In this document: positions 49,442 through 62,900 of the stretch, in pieces
How positions within the stretch are numbered: the stretch's first letter is position 1
Layout of the letters: every line of letters starts with the position of its first letter
From: Lepidodermella squamata
Taxonomy: Eukaryota > Animalia > Gastrotricha
Reading direction: 5' to 3'
Length of the DNA: 64,000 bases
NCBI GenBank assembly: GCA_047495785.1
Contig: JBLDXI010000055.1
Location: 620,001-684,000, forward strand
The notes under the pieces: generated by a model
Databases searched by the model: none
Seen by the model: only the letters and a program-made list of their open reading frames with translations
What the model was told of the DNA's origin: nothing
Position numbers and translations under genes: made by a program

Positions 49442-52400
49442 TCGGAGATCTCCGTCTAAAAATCTATCACGAGGCTAATCTGCTCCGATAAAAAATTGTC
49501 ATAACTATATATATAATAATTTATGAGAAAATAATATTTCGAAAACCTCCTTAAACTATTTGTGCTTTTTTGTACAAAAACAATCGAATAATTAAACGTT
49601 GTTTTTCTCTCATCACCGCTATGAATGAAACGAACAAAAACCACCTTTCTTACTGTATAATTATTTGAATTGATTAATGTATTTGACGGCATATATTAAA
49701 TGAAAATAATTCCAGCAGAGAAAAATTTATTATGTAAATCGTGTTGGTTTTTCACATTTGAAACGCATCAAATCATCGTTGAAAGCGCAGTTGTTGTAAA
49801 ATATTTTTCGCCATCTTATTCGCGCAACGAAGTAACAATTAATTTTTGTACAAAGTTATATTGCCGAGCAAAATTAATGAGAAATTGTTCTCGCTCTATC
49901 TCTCGCTCGTTTTTCTGTTCACATTCTTCTTTTTCTGGTTTTTCTCTCTCTTTCTCTCTCTCATCGCCGTCGTATCTGTCATTAATTGTTGCTATATTAT
50001 ATACTATTCGACTTATTATATTTCAATTATTACCATTTGAAACAACACGGTTTTTTTCTGATAAGCGACGAGAATACCAAATAATAAAAGAGTATGAAAG
50101 CTTTTACATTCCCGTTGAGTTTTACTACCTCTGACAGCATAGGTGCATTACGTGTATATAGCTCGAAAACAGGTTGTGTAAACCGATGCTACGGGGTGAT
50201 GCGGCGCGGCGTTGGGGAAAATTTGCATTTTGATGCTTCCGAAGTATGCTAACTCGGCTCGCCGGCTCGAGCGCAAATCGGTAGGCGGGTTCATAATGAT
50301 ACCACACGCAAGCCGCACTTTGTTATTACCTCTAGGTGGATTGCATAGAGCTGGTTCGCGGATCACTTGCGCGCGTGATCCGCTAATGCGCAGTTTTGGC
50401 GGCGTCTTGTTGTACTATTATTAGTTTTGCCACATTACAAGTTCATGTCGTCATCAAGCCATCGATATGAGATGATGAGCCCTCTCGATGCTCGCGTTCA
50501 CGAGCGCTTTGACCGCGCCTCGTCAAGTGCCGGGCTGGGAGCGCACGCTCGTGGCCTAAATGGCGCGTTCAGGCCGCGGCTCTGTGTCGGCACTCGTTTA
50601 GCCAGAATATATTACACCACGACGACCCTAATAACAGGCCACGGCTTTTTGACGACCGGACAGGTGGATGTTATAGCGGGGATGATGTATCGGCGGCGCA
50701 AAGTCGCACACGTCGGCGACAAACAAAGCGCGCTCGAGTCATGTTTACTATCAACACGATGCGCATTGAAGACGCCGCGCAAAAATTAGCGCCTGTGCGC
50801 CGCTCGCCACCTTGCTGGCACACGCGCGCGTGCCAGCGACAGGTCCCGGCACCGCGTGACGGTTGCGTTTTTTCTTTCTTCATCTTTCACATGTCTCCGA
50901 ATTAGGCCTGAAAAACAGCCACTTGCGCGACGCCAGACCGCGCTAATTGGTGGCGTAAATTCGAGACCCCCTCGGGACGAACGGCGTCTAATGGACGCGG
51001 ATGACTGGTTATTGTGCTCGATCTTCAGGGATCAGCAGCCATTCGAGCCCCAGCAGATATCGATTGCGATCGCGAATGATGCGCTCGCGTCTTAATTTTC
51101 ACGCAGTAATAACTTGTAATAACGCGCCCGTCGCCGGAAGTGTAAATGGCGCACATCGTGAGCGCACTCGCGTTGCGTGTTGTTATGAGACGCAGGGGCC
51201 AAATCGAACCGAGAGAGAGCGAAAGCGATAAAAGTCAAATATCGCTCGCGTCCCGTAAGTGTGTCTGTCACACAGCATCTGCGCCGGCCGAAGTGACGAA
51301 GCGATTTTCGGTGTGTGCTAGTGCCATAAAAACTTATCCTCACCCCGCGAATCAAGGCATCATCGCGATGTGCGCGCGCAAATTTTGACGCCGCCCACGG
51401 CACGAGGACAAGCGCGCGCGATTGACGTCGCACTAATAGCTGGTAATAACGCTAAATAGGCAGCTATTATTACTGTGACAGTTGTCTCTTTCGATGACTT
51501 CTCGCTCGCACGGCTTTACGACCCGGCCAGATGGCACTGGCACGCGCGATGCTCGAGTGCGATTTGCCACAGCGCCATTAATGCCAGCTGAAGATGATAT
51601 ATTCTTTTGAGCTACCTGGCTTTAACATTGAAACACTTTTTCCCGACTTCACACGGCATAAAAAAATAATCCCGGATTTTTTCGACGGATTTTTTCACCC
51701 CGAATCATTCTCGAATAAAATAATAGTACATCCCGGATGCTGTTTATTTGCACGCCTGTCGTGGTCGTAAATCGCTTGAGTCAACCGCACACGCGGCCAT
51801 AAGCCGAAAATTCGCTGCGCTTGGCGGGGCACAAGGCGCCATAAAAGCAATCAGTCTCAAGGAGTGTAGTTACATTGCTGTATCGCGTTGTAAAAGTAAG
51901 TGCCCGCCCATCGCCGCGCGCGCGTCGCTCGGTAAACACGGCCGTGTGACCACGACCCTGCGATATGCTGGACCGCGATGCAACCCGCTCTGTGCTTGGC
52001 TCGAAATTGCGCCACCATCATAATACCACAAGCATGGAAAATCGCTAATAACGGACTCACGCCTAAGTGAGCGATCACGTGTTGTAAAAGTTATATTGCT
52101 GGCAATATAAAAGTACAAGTAACACGACAATAAAACTCGAGCGCGATAATGCGTCGAGCTTTCGCCGTTAAATAATTGGCCAAGGTGTCACCTGATAAGA
52201 AAAGTTGTCGAGCTGAGGCGTAATAATAACTGACCTAAAACCTAGATTTGGTTGAAGAAAAAAGGAAATGTAAAACAAAAAATATACAGGAGACTGGCGG
52301 TCGGTGTGACTGAATCGGGTCTATATGAACCTAGATTTAATATTCAGATTAAGTTGTCGCTGATTTTTAATGTGGAAAAATTGCAAATTTAACATCTGTC

Positions 52401-53940
52401 GCGGCGTGATGCATAGAAATATAATTATACAATAAAAAAATCGAGAATTAATGTTCAATTAATGGAGATTAGATGCCAATGTATTCAGCCGGAGAGAGAA
52501 GAATAAGGAAAGGGTGGGAGTATGATACAGCTCGGATAGCCAATTTGGCTAGAAAACTGTTGAATCAGATGCTGTGCGAATACGAAATTCAGCAATAAAA
52601 CTAGAACTCATTGCATTGCAAAAATATGGATAAATTACCATGAATGTAAATTGCAAACGGACATCGGTGTTAGCGAATTGCAATGCGCTTTGAATCTTTA
52701 ATAAAATTTGCATGAAAAATAATTGTGAAAATATTTGAAATTCCAATTAGAAACGACACTATACTTGTGCTGCGAGAAAAGTGCAATAATTTATGAAATT
52801 TATGTATAAATGCCGGCGCGGTGATGAAGGCGCATAATTGTTAGAAAATTATCATTATTAAGGAGGTTTCTTCAGCTCATCTTCCGCAATATCTTCAGGA
52901 TGCCAAAAATAACTTGAACACATGCTGGGGCAGCAAATTATGGCGGAATGTGAGCGGGGCCTACTTTTAATTCAACATCTTGTCGTTGAATAATTTGCAG
53001 CAGGGTCTCCTCGGCTGCTTCGAGCTCAGGAAAATTATTCAGCAGAGACATTGATTAAAAACCACAGCAAAAAGGAGGCCCCCTGCGATTATATTATAAT
53101 ATTATGCGATATTATAATGCATTTTACTTTCTCCGAATAATTTCCCGCTTTCGCTGTCTCTGAATAATGAATTATGGAAAACAGTTCATCAGGCGACTTT
53201 TTACATCATATTTTTCTAGTTATTATTTATTTCATTTTGTGCGACACTTGGGTGTATTACCATTACGGCATTACTTGCATATTTTTGTGTCCCCCTGATC
53301 ATCATGCGCATATATTGACGGCCACAAAAAAATACTACAACACCGCATCAACATATAAACGGCTCCGATTGCGCCTGTTTTCAACTGCCCAGATGAAATA
53401 TGTAACGACGATCACTTCATTTCAATTGCAAATTTTTTTTCACTATAACGAGTGATTACTAATTACAATATTGTAGCCGGCTTGCGAATTCAGTTATTCA
53501 TTCGTTTTTCTAATATTCCCTTTTTCAACCCCCTGCTTTTTTCCACCCGAAAACTGGAATTATTTTAGCTCAGATAATGAATCATCCCAAGTGTTTCACG
53601 ACTCACTGACTCATGTCCGGTTCGGTGCACGTCAACGGGCGAAAAAGTTCGCGGCGCGTTCAAAGCTATTAACGGTTCACAACCAACCCGGGCGTAAACA
53701 GAAGATCATGCACCACCGCTTGCTGCAAAAAATGGCGCGTTTTATTACGTTTTTAGGATAATCTCTCTCAAAAAATCATGTTTTTTTTATCACACTTTGA
53801 GTTGGAGCAGATACCGAAAATAGTGCACGATATACCGTGTTCAAAGCCAAATCGGTGGCTATAAATCATAAAATAATCATAAAATATGAAAACAAGTGAT
53901 GTAGTCCATTAGGGCACGTGGGCTTTTATAAAACCCTGGT

Positions 53941-56900
53941 TCAGTATGGTCTAACTGTAGCAAAAACGCCGCGTAGATGCCAGCGATTAGCTTGAATACC
54001 ATCGCGACGTAGCAGAACTTCGAACAAAGGCTGGCCACTTCGCGCTCTAGTTGCGTAGACCGGACAGCTATATTGCTCCAGTGCCTTAGCCAGTTCCTTT
54101 GAACATAAAAAATAACATTAAGAAACGAAATCAAGTATTCAGAGGCTAAAAATTATAAAAAATAAATAAATTGCTAGAAAATAAAAATTAAATAGTGCGC
54201 AAATTGATTCAAAAAGCCTCCGAACCTTTCCAGTAGGGTGTTTACCCTTAACCTGCGATTAATTTGATCAATCATTTGATTATATTTTTTAGGTAATTTC
54301 GCTGAAATTATTAAACTAACCAGGCTCGGTTTTTCTGACGCCGGAATACAAGTAACGTGAATGACCGGCAATTCAGCTGGGTACCGCCGGCTGGTGGTGT
54401 CGAGCAGTTCGTTGACTGCCTTGTCCCAACCGCAGCTCCACAGGTGGAGGCCGAATACGAACATGCCTTCCTGAGGCGGGTCTCTCAAGTGGTCTTTATC
54501 GCGGGCTGTCAACTCGGTGTGGAACACCAACGAGTCAACAGCGCCAGACCGCAGCACGCCGTAGTACCTGAACGCGTCCTGTTTCATGAGGGCGAGCAGG
54601 GCCTGAGGCCGCGTGAACGCACCCAGCCAGTAGGCGGGTGTTTTCTCGCGGCCGAGCAAGAACAGCCGCTCGAGAATGGAGACGCGGTGGGCGAGATCGG
54701 CGACCCACGTCGCGATGCCTAACGTCTCATCGGGCGCGGCGTCGCCACTCAAGCGAATCCAATTTTGTGGGATGCGGGCGTTGTACAGCGACGCGGCTAC
54801 TTTTATCATATCGTCATCCAACTGCCAGCCGAAGGTCGCCAATGTCAGACTCGAACGTAATTGCTATCGACGAGAAAAAACGTGGCAATTTCACACCCTG
54901 GTAACTCAGGCTGAAACAATAGTACGTACCGTTAGGTCGGAACGAATGCCGTTAACGACCCCGTAAAGGATCTCCATTTCAGACAACAGGAGCATGTTGA
55001 AATTGGTCATGCCGCCTATTTTCTTCAGCTTTTCGACCAAATAACCGCGCGAGTATGTGCGCGGCAATTTCGATAAAATTGCCGAGCAAACATCGGCTAG
55101 CTCCACGTCTAGCGGTACCGGTCGGGTTAGCAACAGGGTGGCTGATGCGTTAACACCCTTCGCAAGAACGTGGGGTAGCAGTGCGTTAATCGAAACAGCA
55201 GCCAGCGATGTTTCTACGCAAAAATTGATGGGAAAAATTGAATGAAAAAACGATTATTATTACCAGTGTAAGAAGCTGGGGATTCTTGGCCTTCGAGTTT
55301 CGCCGCCGCAGCAATGGCATCTCCACTCAAAACATCGTACAGCTTGTTGATCCTCGTGAGAACATATTGGTCATCGCCAAGATAATTCTGAAAAATTAGA
55401 AGTAAAATTCATCGGAATGCTCAATTTTTTAATCGAAATAAAGCATCGATTTCACGAGTTCAAAGGTCTTATTTTTCGTTTTTAACAGATTTAACTAAGG
55501 ATTACTGCGGGAAATCAAACAAGATTCGGCCGCGATCCAGCTACAAAGAAAGAATTTTCGAAAAGTAGAACTTACGTAAGGCACTCGTAGCTAAATTATA
55601 CAGGAGAGTGAGTAAACATAGAGGGGAGGGGAGGGGAATTGGAGGGTGTAGCGTGTGTGGGACAAAAATGTAAAATTTTGCCTAAAAGAGCTCCTACCGT
55701 AGAAATAATATTATAAACTAAAAAATATTACGACTAATAAAAAATTAAATGGGGCGGATACAACTGAAAGGCAAGTAAGTAACAACGGGTATGGCAACAA
55801 ACCAAAAACTGCTGATCCTGAATAGCGATAATCAACGACGACATTTAGACATGCAAGTTTCATGCAGTTATAGATATAACAAGCAATACCAGGACAAATT
55901 TCCTAGTGATAGGAAATCAATTTTTACCTCTCGAACTGCGTGGAAACCGCCGGTATCAGGCACTTCAAGCTGGAACTCGGCTAGGTTGTCAAAAGCTCCA
56001 GCAATAGCAGCTGGCTTCAATGGGCCAGGTTGGAACAAAATCGACGGTGGTTTGTATTTCACTAAAGAAAAAATAAAAATAAAAAAAAGTAATCAATAAT
56101 TTGAAAAATATTTGAGCTCACGTTTTGTCAATTCGAACTCGCGTTTGATAGCATTCAACGACAGCCAAGTATCAACCAAGGCTGCTAGCGTGGCTCGGTC
56201 GGTTTCTTCCGTCAAATACTTGCCATAAATCTCTGTTACAGCATGCCGGATGTTAACCCACGGCAATTGAGTGCCTCTCGGAACTCCCGGGGCGGGAATC
56301 GCTGGGGTCTGAGATGTCGGCGCCGTACCAGTGTCAGTGTCTATCGACGGCCTGGCAACAGCAGTTTTCTCCGACAAAACCAGGCCCTGCGTACCGCTTG
56401 ACGTTAAGGTGGCTGCACGGGGTATGATGATATTCGCGACATTCGTCGACGGCTTGTCGTGCCCGTCCATCAAACAGTTGACGACCAGGGTGAGGCAATC
56501 GATCAAATCTGAATGCGAGACCATGTTCAACTGTTCAGGACGCGACCAGCCGTAAGACCCGTATCGAGCCCTAAGCCGAATAGCCGAGTGTAAAAAGCAC
56601 AGATTATGCACCAATACAGGCCATTCGGGCCGTGGTGACTGGCGAAGCTGGTCTGGGTGCAGGGTGATTAAACTGTGCACCAAGCTAGATCGCATCAATC
56701 TCGGCGTGTCGACCAGAACGCGAAGCGTGTGATGCAAAACTTCGATTGGGACTGAATTTATATCACTGGCATCCATTGATAACACGCATCGGAAATTCGC
56801 TGGTTTGTTCTCTATTTTCCTGATGCAGCTGAGAAGGTGACCAAAAAAGTTGGGATTCCGGCCGATTTCCCGCACGAGGAGCCAACCGCCTTTAGCTGCG

Positions 56901-59900
56901 GCCGCGTTGACATTCGCCTCGAGGAATTGCTCGAAATTCACAGTAGACGCCATTTGCGATGTTGGTAAGATGATACTAGCCAATTCAAGCTGTTGAGTCC
57001 ATGAAACAAACGTGTTGTACACCGCATCTGATTCAGTTTTGTAGAACAGCAAAATCAGCCTGTCATCGGCCGATTGAGCTAGAATGTCGGCAAGATCGAT
57101 AGCTGGTTCAGTTACGAAGCGTTTGCCCAACACGCTTCGAACAAAGTGAATCGAGGCTGGTAGCATTCGATCGGATCGAATCGAGCGGTAGACCAACAGA
57201 GTTTGCAGAGGTGTTAAATTCGTATTGATCCCACAAGTTTGCGGCAACGGTAAAAGCTCAGGAACATCGGCTATAATAAGAGCAATTCAATGAAATATTT
57301 AGAAATTTTAATTAAAAAATTTTAAATTTTAAATTTGAACTTTGAAATTGAAATTTTAAATTTAAAAATTACATTCGGTCAGGTGGCGCCACTGATTTTC
57401 CGTGCCATCAGTGCTGATCGTTCGAGGGACATCAGCAAAAGGCGGGCACAGATTAGCGAGAATATTTAGCGCGTACCACTGGTCATCGGCCATCCAATCG
57501 AAGGGAGATTTTTGCGTCGACGAATCGCGCATATGCAAATCAGCAAATGTTGCGGCAAAAATTGGCGAGATCAGGCAACGGCGTTCGTTAGGCCTCACTC
57601 GCCCGGACATTTCTTCGAGTTCGAGAGCGAGAGATAACACGAAAATGATGCGGTCAACATCGGTGACCATTCGCGACACGTAAGCGTAGCAATTATAAAC
57701 GAGACGGTCTTGAATGGTCTTTGGCGTAGTTCTGTTTTAAGCAAGAAAAAATGATAAGAGCAAGAATGAAAGAAAATTAAAATGCAAGCCAATTATTCTG
57801 TATAATAAACCCGAAACAAAAGTTAACTCGAGCAAGCAATGGAATTTTTACAAGCTGGAAAGGCGATCTTACCCTGAAACTTCACTTCGAGCTCCTCTTT
57901 AATTTTTACCAAATTTCAAATTATTAATGAAAAAAATCAACCCCAAAAGTCGCACCTTTCAGAATGTTCGATCGATTGGTGGAAAACAGTTAGAAATTGG
58001 GTGAAGGAAATGTGATACAACGGCGACAGAACCGTCATCCTTTGCATCAAATCGCAGCAAACCGAGGCCAGCTGAGCTACCCTAACAAAAGTTTGCCGAA
58101 CACCCTCCAATTCAGCAGCCGAGGCTTTCAACGTTCGCTCCCTGAAATATAAAATTTTAGACTTATCTAGAGATAAATTTTCGAAAATCACTAACACTTC
58201 CACTGTCTCTTCATATCGATTGCAAAGCTCCAAGCAATGTTTGGTAACAGATTGCGAAAGGGACAGGCTTGAACACGACTTGAGATCTTCAGCCACCGTG
58301 TTTTCGATCGCCCGTCTCGAATCGTTATTCTTCTTCTCCTGCGAAATCAGCGCTAGATAATCAGCCTCAGTTCTAGCCTTCTCCTTCCGCATGAAGTGAC
58401 CGAGCAACTCCTCCTCAATAGACGCGCGATTGAATGGGAAGTAGGAAACAGCTAGTAAAGAGAACATCTCATGCGGCACGTTGTGCGGCTGGCACGTGGT
58501 ATGCAGTATCAGCCGGAATCCCATTTTAGCCTCAACCTCTTGTTTATTCACCGTAAACTTGAGCGTGTTTGATTTTTGCTTACGGAAGAACAGCCATTTT
58601 GATTTGATGACGTCAACCAAGCGCCGGTCGTTGAACAACCTCTTCAGATCGCAGTCGAGAATCAGCAGAACGTGCCCTTCAGCCAGCGAATACTCCAACT
58701 GGCCTTTCAGCTCTTCATGCCTCGCTACTACGACTTCGTCTGGCCGGCACGTTTCCAGGTAAGATTGCATCCAATTTTCGACGAAACGAGTCGGGTCGCA
58801 TAGTAACGGCCACGTAGTTGTTAACTGATCAGACTCGGCTAGCAAACACAAATTGTCTAAGAGTTCCGGGGTTTGTGGGAACCGCAATAGCCTCAATTGC
58901 TCAACACCGACCTATAAATAACGCATAATTTTGTTAATTTAAATAAAAAAAATCATTCGAAGTGCAATATTAAATTGTGTGATTTTCCACGAAAAAACTG
59001 TGTTTATTTGTTAGGTTTATTTGTGCTCCAGGTTTTTAGCTATGACTTCACCTGCTTCTTCTGGGCAATAGCATTTTGCACAGATAACCATAAATCTTCG
59101 AACATTTCCTTTCATTACCGTCAAAAACTGATATTACAGAACAAAAGCTAGAAGAATTTCTTCTTACCTGCGGTTGGAGGAAAACTAGAAGAGGAACATC
59201 TCTCAGAACTCGAGGAATTTTGATCGCTAAACCATGGTGGTCTGTGATTGTATTCAGGTATTGGATGATCCGATTTCTCGTGTCAATATCAGCCGGGGCT
59301 CCGTAGATTAAGAACGCAGCGGCTGTTAAGCAATTAACCAACAGTCCTAGCTCATCGTTATTAGCCTGGACATAGCCGGCCCAGGTAGATCGAACAGGTT
59401 GTAGTCGGCGTACAACGGTGCTTATATCGGTGAGTTGTTGGCGAAGAGCGTCGACTTCGCGGGTAAGCGAGTGCTTCTGTTCGATTAAATCGTCGTACTG
59501 CCGCTGAAGGGCAGCGACTTCACTCTCGAGAACTTCGAGATCATCAGCTTGGCGCGACTCACGCCGGTCAGCTTGAACGACCTCATTAGAGTCACCCTCC
59601 AGCGCCTCTGCCAATTGAGCTGCCTAGATTATAATGGGAAAATTCGAATTATTCAAGAAAAAATTCGAATTTAATAGATAACTCAAATGTTAACAAAAAT
59701 GACATTGACGACAGTATTAGTGAAAAAGGGCTAGAATTAAAGGCTACTATTCTAGGACGTTGAGAGGAACAGTTGCAACATGACAGTCAAGAAGAAGATT
59801 TTTTTATTGCTTCACCTGCTCCTCCATTGATTGCTGAGCAGCTAATTTCAGCTCCTCTTGATACTCGCTTATCATCAGGCGAAGCTGGATGAACTAAGGG

Positions 59901-62900
59901 GTGAGATAGCGTGAAATGACATGCATTGTCACCAAGCAAAAAATTCGAGTAGTTTCCCTTTTAATTTTCAAAGCTTGTGAACATGAAACATTGTGATTTT
60001 GCATTTTTAAAAGCCGTTAATTAAGGCGGGTTTTATTGCAATAGTTCTTACCTCGCGTTTCCGCTGCTCTGACATGCGATTAATGTCCTCAACCTCGCGA
60101 TCAATCTCCTTCAACTTGTCCATAGCAGCTTGAAGAGGCGCACAACGGCGCGAATATTCAACAATGGCGATAACATACTGCACCAACACAGCAGCATCTT
60201 CGCTCGCGAACTTGGCCGCCGAAATGGTAATCCCACCTCCAGCCGCACTGGCCGCGGCTTTACTGGCCGCAGTCGGCCGCTTAGCAGCGATGTTTGTTTC
60301 AGCCGCGTTGTCTAGTAGGCTGCCCTCGCCTGTCAGGGCCAACTCACCCGAGTCGTTTTTGGCGAAGAAAGCTTCGAGGGCAAGGCGAAGGTTTGCTTTC
60401 AGGCCATCCTCCCAAACAACGCTGACGATTTGCTCGACAAAGCGGCCACTGTCTGACATCAAAATCTGCATTTGCTTCCAACGTGCGGCGTCGGATTGCG
60501 GCGGGCCAGATACTCGGGCTATTCGTGAATGGTTGAAATTAAGGTTCATTTATAGAAGCGAACTTCAATATCCAAGCATTAAGAGTTACCGCAGTAAAGG
60601 ATGACCTGAGCAAGGGATCTTACTAAGTGTTAACCTTTAGCTAGAGGTTTATTCTAATATTGAATAAAAAAGCTACACAATACGTCATACACGCCGTACC
60701 GTAGGATCGTACGGGTGATGGGGACGAGTTATGTAAAGAGGCCGTTTCTTTTATACCAAACAAAATGTAATTTAAAATAAAAAAATGAGTTAATTCAAGA
60801 TTAAATCAAATATTCGGCGAAACCTACCGAGTTGAGCTTGACGGGCTTGCTGGTTCGCATTGCCGCCAGCTCCGCTCGTCGAAGCTCCGGTATCTTGCCC
60901 AATAAGGGTGTTATCACCCTTTCCAGCCAAAACGCCAGCCGGGGATCGCTTTCCAATTAGAGTCATTACCATTTCCATAACCTAAGAAAATAACCGAACA
61001 ATCGATGATGCCCAAGCCGAATTCGAAATCAAAATACTTCGATGATAGTTCTCGAGGGTTTTTGGAAGCTTCGAAGACGTTCAACCGTGGTTTTCTCGAC
61101 TCTCGATTTCCAGAGGACGACTTGCTCCTTGGCGTGTTGAAGATTGTGGCGATGTGACTCGACATCAGACTCCGCCTGCAACCGCATGGCTGCTAGCTCA
61201 ATCAAACGTTGCTGGTTCTTTTCCTCCTGAATCTTGTCGAATTCGCGATCGAAATCATCCAGATCATCTGCGGTAATAAAATTGCAATAAATACCCTGAA
61301 ATAGCTAAGAAAGCCGAGTCTACATGAGGAACATTCTAGGACAATAATTCAACATAAAAATAATCGGGGTAAATTTTTCAATATAATATTCGACCATGAA
61401 TAGAAATGACAACTTTTCGACCCAATATATATAAGCAGCTACACTTACTTCTGATTGTATCTATAGCAACTATTATACACATCAAGAGATCAACTCAGAA
61501 ATTGTGAGAAAAACTAAAGATATAATAATTTTTACCTCGAAGAAGAGGATCGTCTTGCGGCGTGAAAGACACGTCCGCCTCAACTTGCTCCAAAATGCTC
61601 CGAAGTTGCGGGTTCAAGCCCCGTTCTGTCTTCAATTTTTCGAGCTGCGTGACCTTGGCTATCAAAATTTGTAGCATCTGATTGGCCTTTTCTGTAACCT
61701 CGGCATATTCCCGGCGTTTGTCTTTAATCAGCGCTTTGATGTTGGAGCAATCAGCGGCGCTTTTGTCCAGAACTGACACCCCATTTGAGTAAAGTTCCAG
61801 GTTAGCCCCGACTTCTTGGCTCTTACGGCGATACAAGCTCAGGAACAGGTCGATGAAGTTCTGAAACGTTTTCGAGCAGATGAACACCTGGCCAGGCTTT
61901 CCATAGATCGATCCGCGGTAATAGGCTTTGAAGCAGTCGGAAAGAAGGAATTTCGAGTAGGGGAAATTCGGCACCGCAGCCGCGCCAGACGGGGTTGCAG
62001 TATCAGCCCGGCCTCGTTTAACACTGCTGTTCTGCGCTCCGCCAGCACCATCGCCCGGAATTTGCACTTCTTGATTGACATCGCCGACCCATGGCAGTTG
62101 AGCGAAGAATTCGATCATGTACATATGGATATTAGCCATGCACTCCGAAATTCGTTTTCTCAGGTCTTTGCCATCCGGTGAATGGCCGGTAATTCGGGAA
62201 ATTTCTGTGAATACGCTGGTTGATTTGTCACTGATGTAATAAGTGACATGATCCACCAGGGCCTAAATTTTGGAATTTACAAGATGGAAGAAGACTTCAT
62301 GTAGCAAACAGACCTCTGGAGCCCAATCAACAATCCAGTTGACGGAGCAGCTTTTCAGCACACCAGGATATGTCCTGTTAAGTGGAATTGACATGCAAGC
62401 TAAAGGAGTGAAACAAATCGAGTCGAACTAACGTGAAAGCATTCTTGAGAAGAGGATCATCGGGTGTTACGATGATAATAATGCGGAGGCCTTCACTGAC
62501 GTAGCGCAAGAACAACTGAAACGGGTTATTGCTGAGCAGCGGAGCAGCCGCCGCATTTCGACGCGATCGAATTTGAGGTATCATCGTCTGTTTTTTGCGA
62601 TAAAAATTGTTAATTTCCAGGAAAATTAAGAATAACGACGCAAGCAAAACAAACTGAGGTGAAATAAACACGCCCCGAGAAAAATCACTCTCTAATTCGC
62701 TATTGCAGACGAAAGTTAGCCTAATTTAAAACTATAAAAGCGGTAAAAATAGAAAAAACTAAATTAAAATAAGGAAAACACGCGGCAACAAGGACCTTTT
62801 TAACCGCTGCTTTGAAGGATGCGCTCTGTATGTATAGCAAGGAGAGTCAAATACACAGGTAAAGATTGATAGAAGAAAGATGAACATAAAAACCAGTTTC

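Noticed and set aside
53877-54134. ORF-track translation of the last dynein exon
   Set aside because: Wrong frame; the dynein C-terminal motif (YSCPVY..WHLRGV) is in another frame ending at 53941.
57295-57372. AAATTTT-type repeat run
   Set aside because: Low-complexity intron sequence; not a CRISPR array or element.
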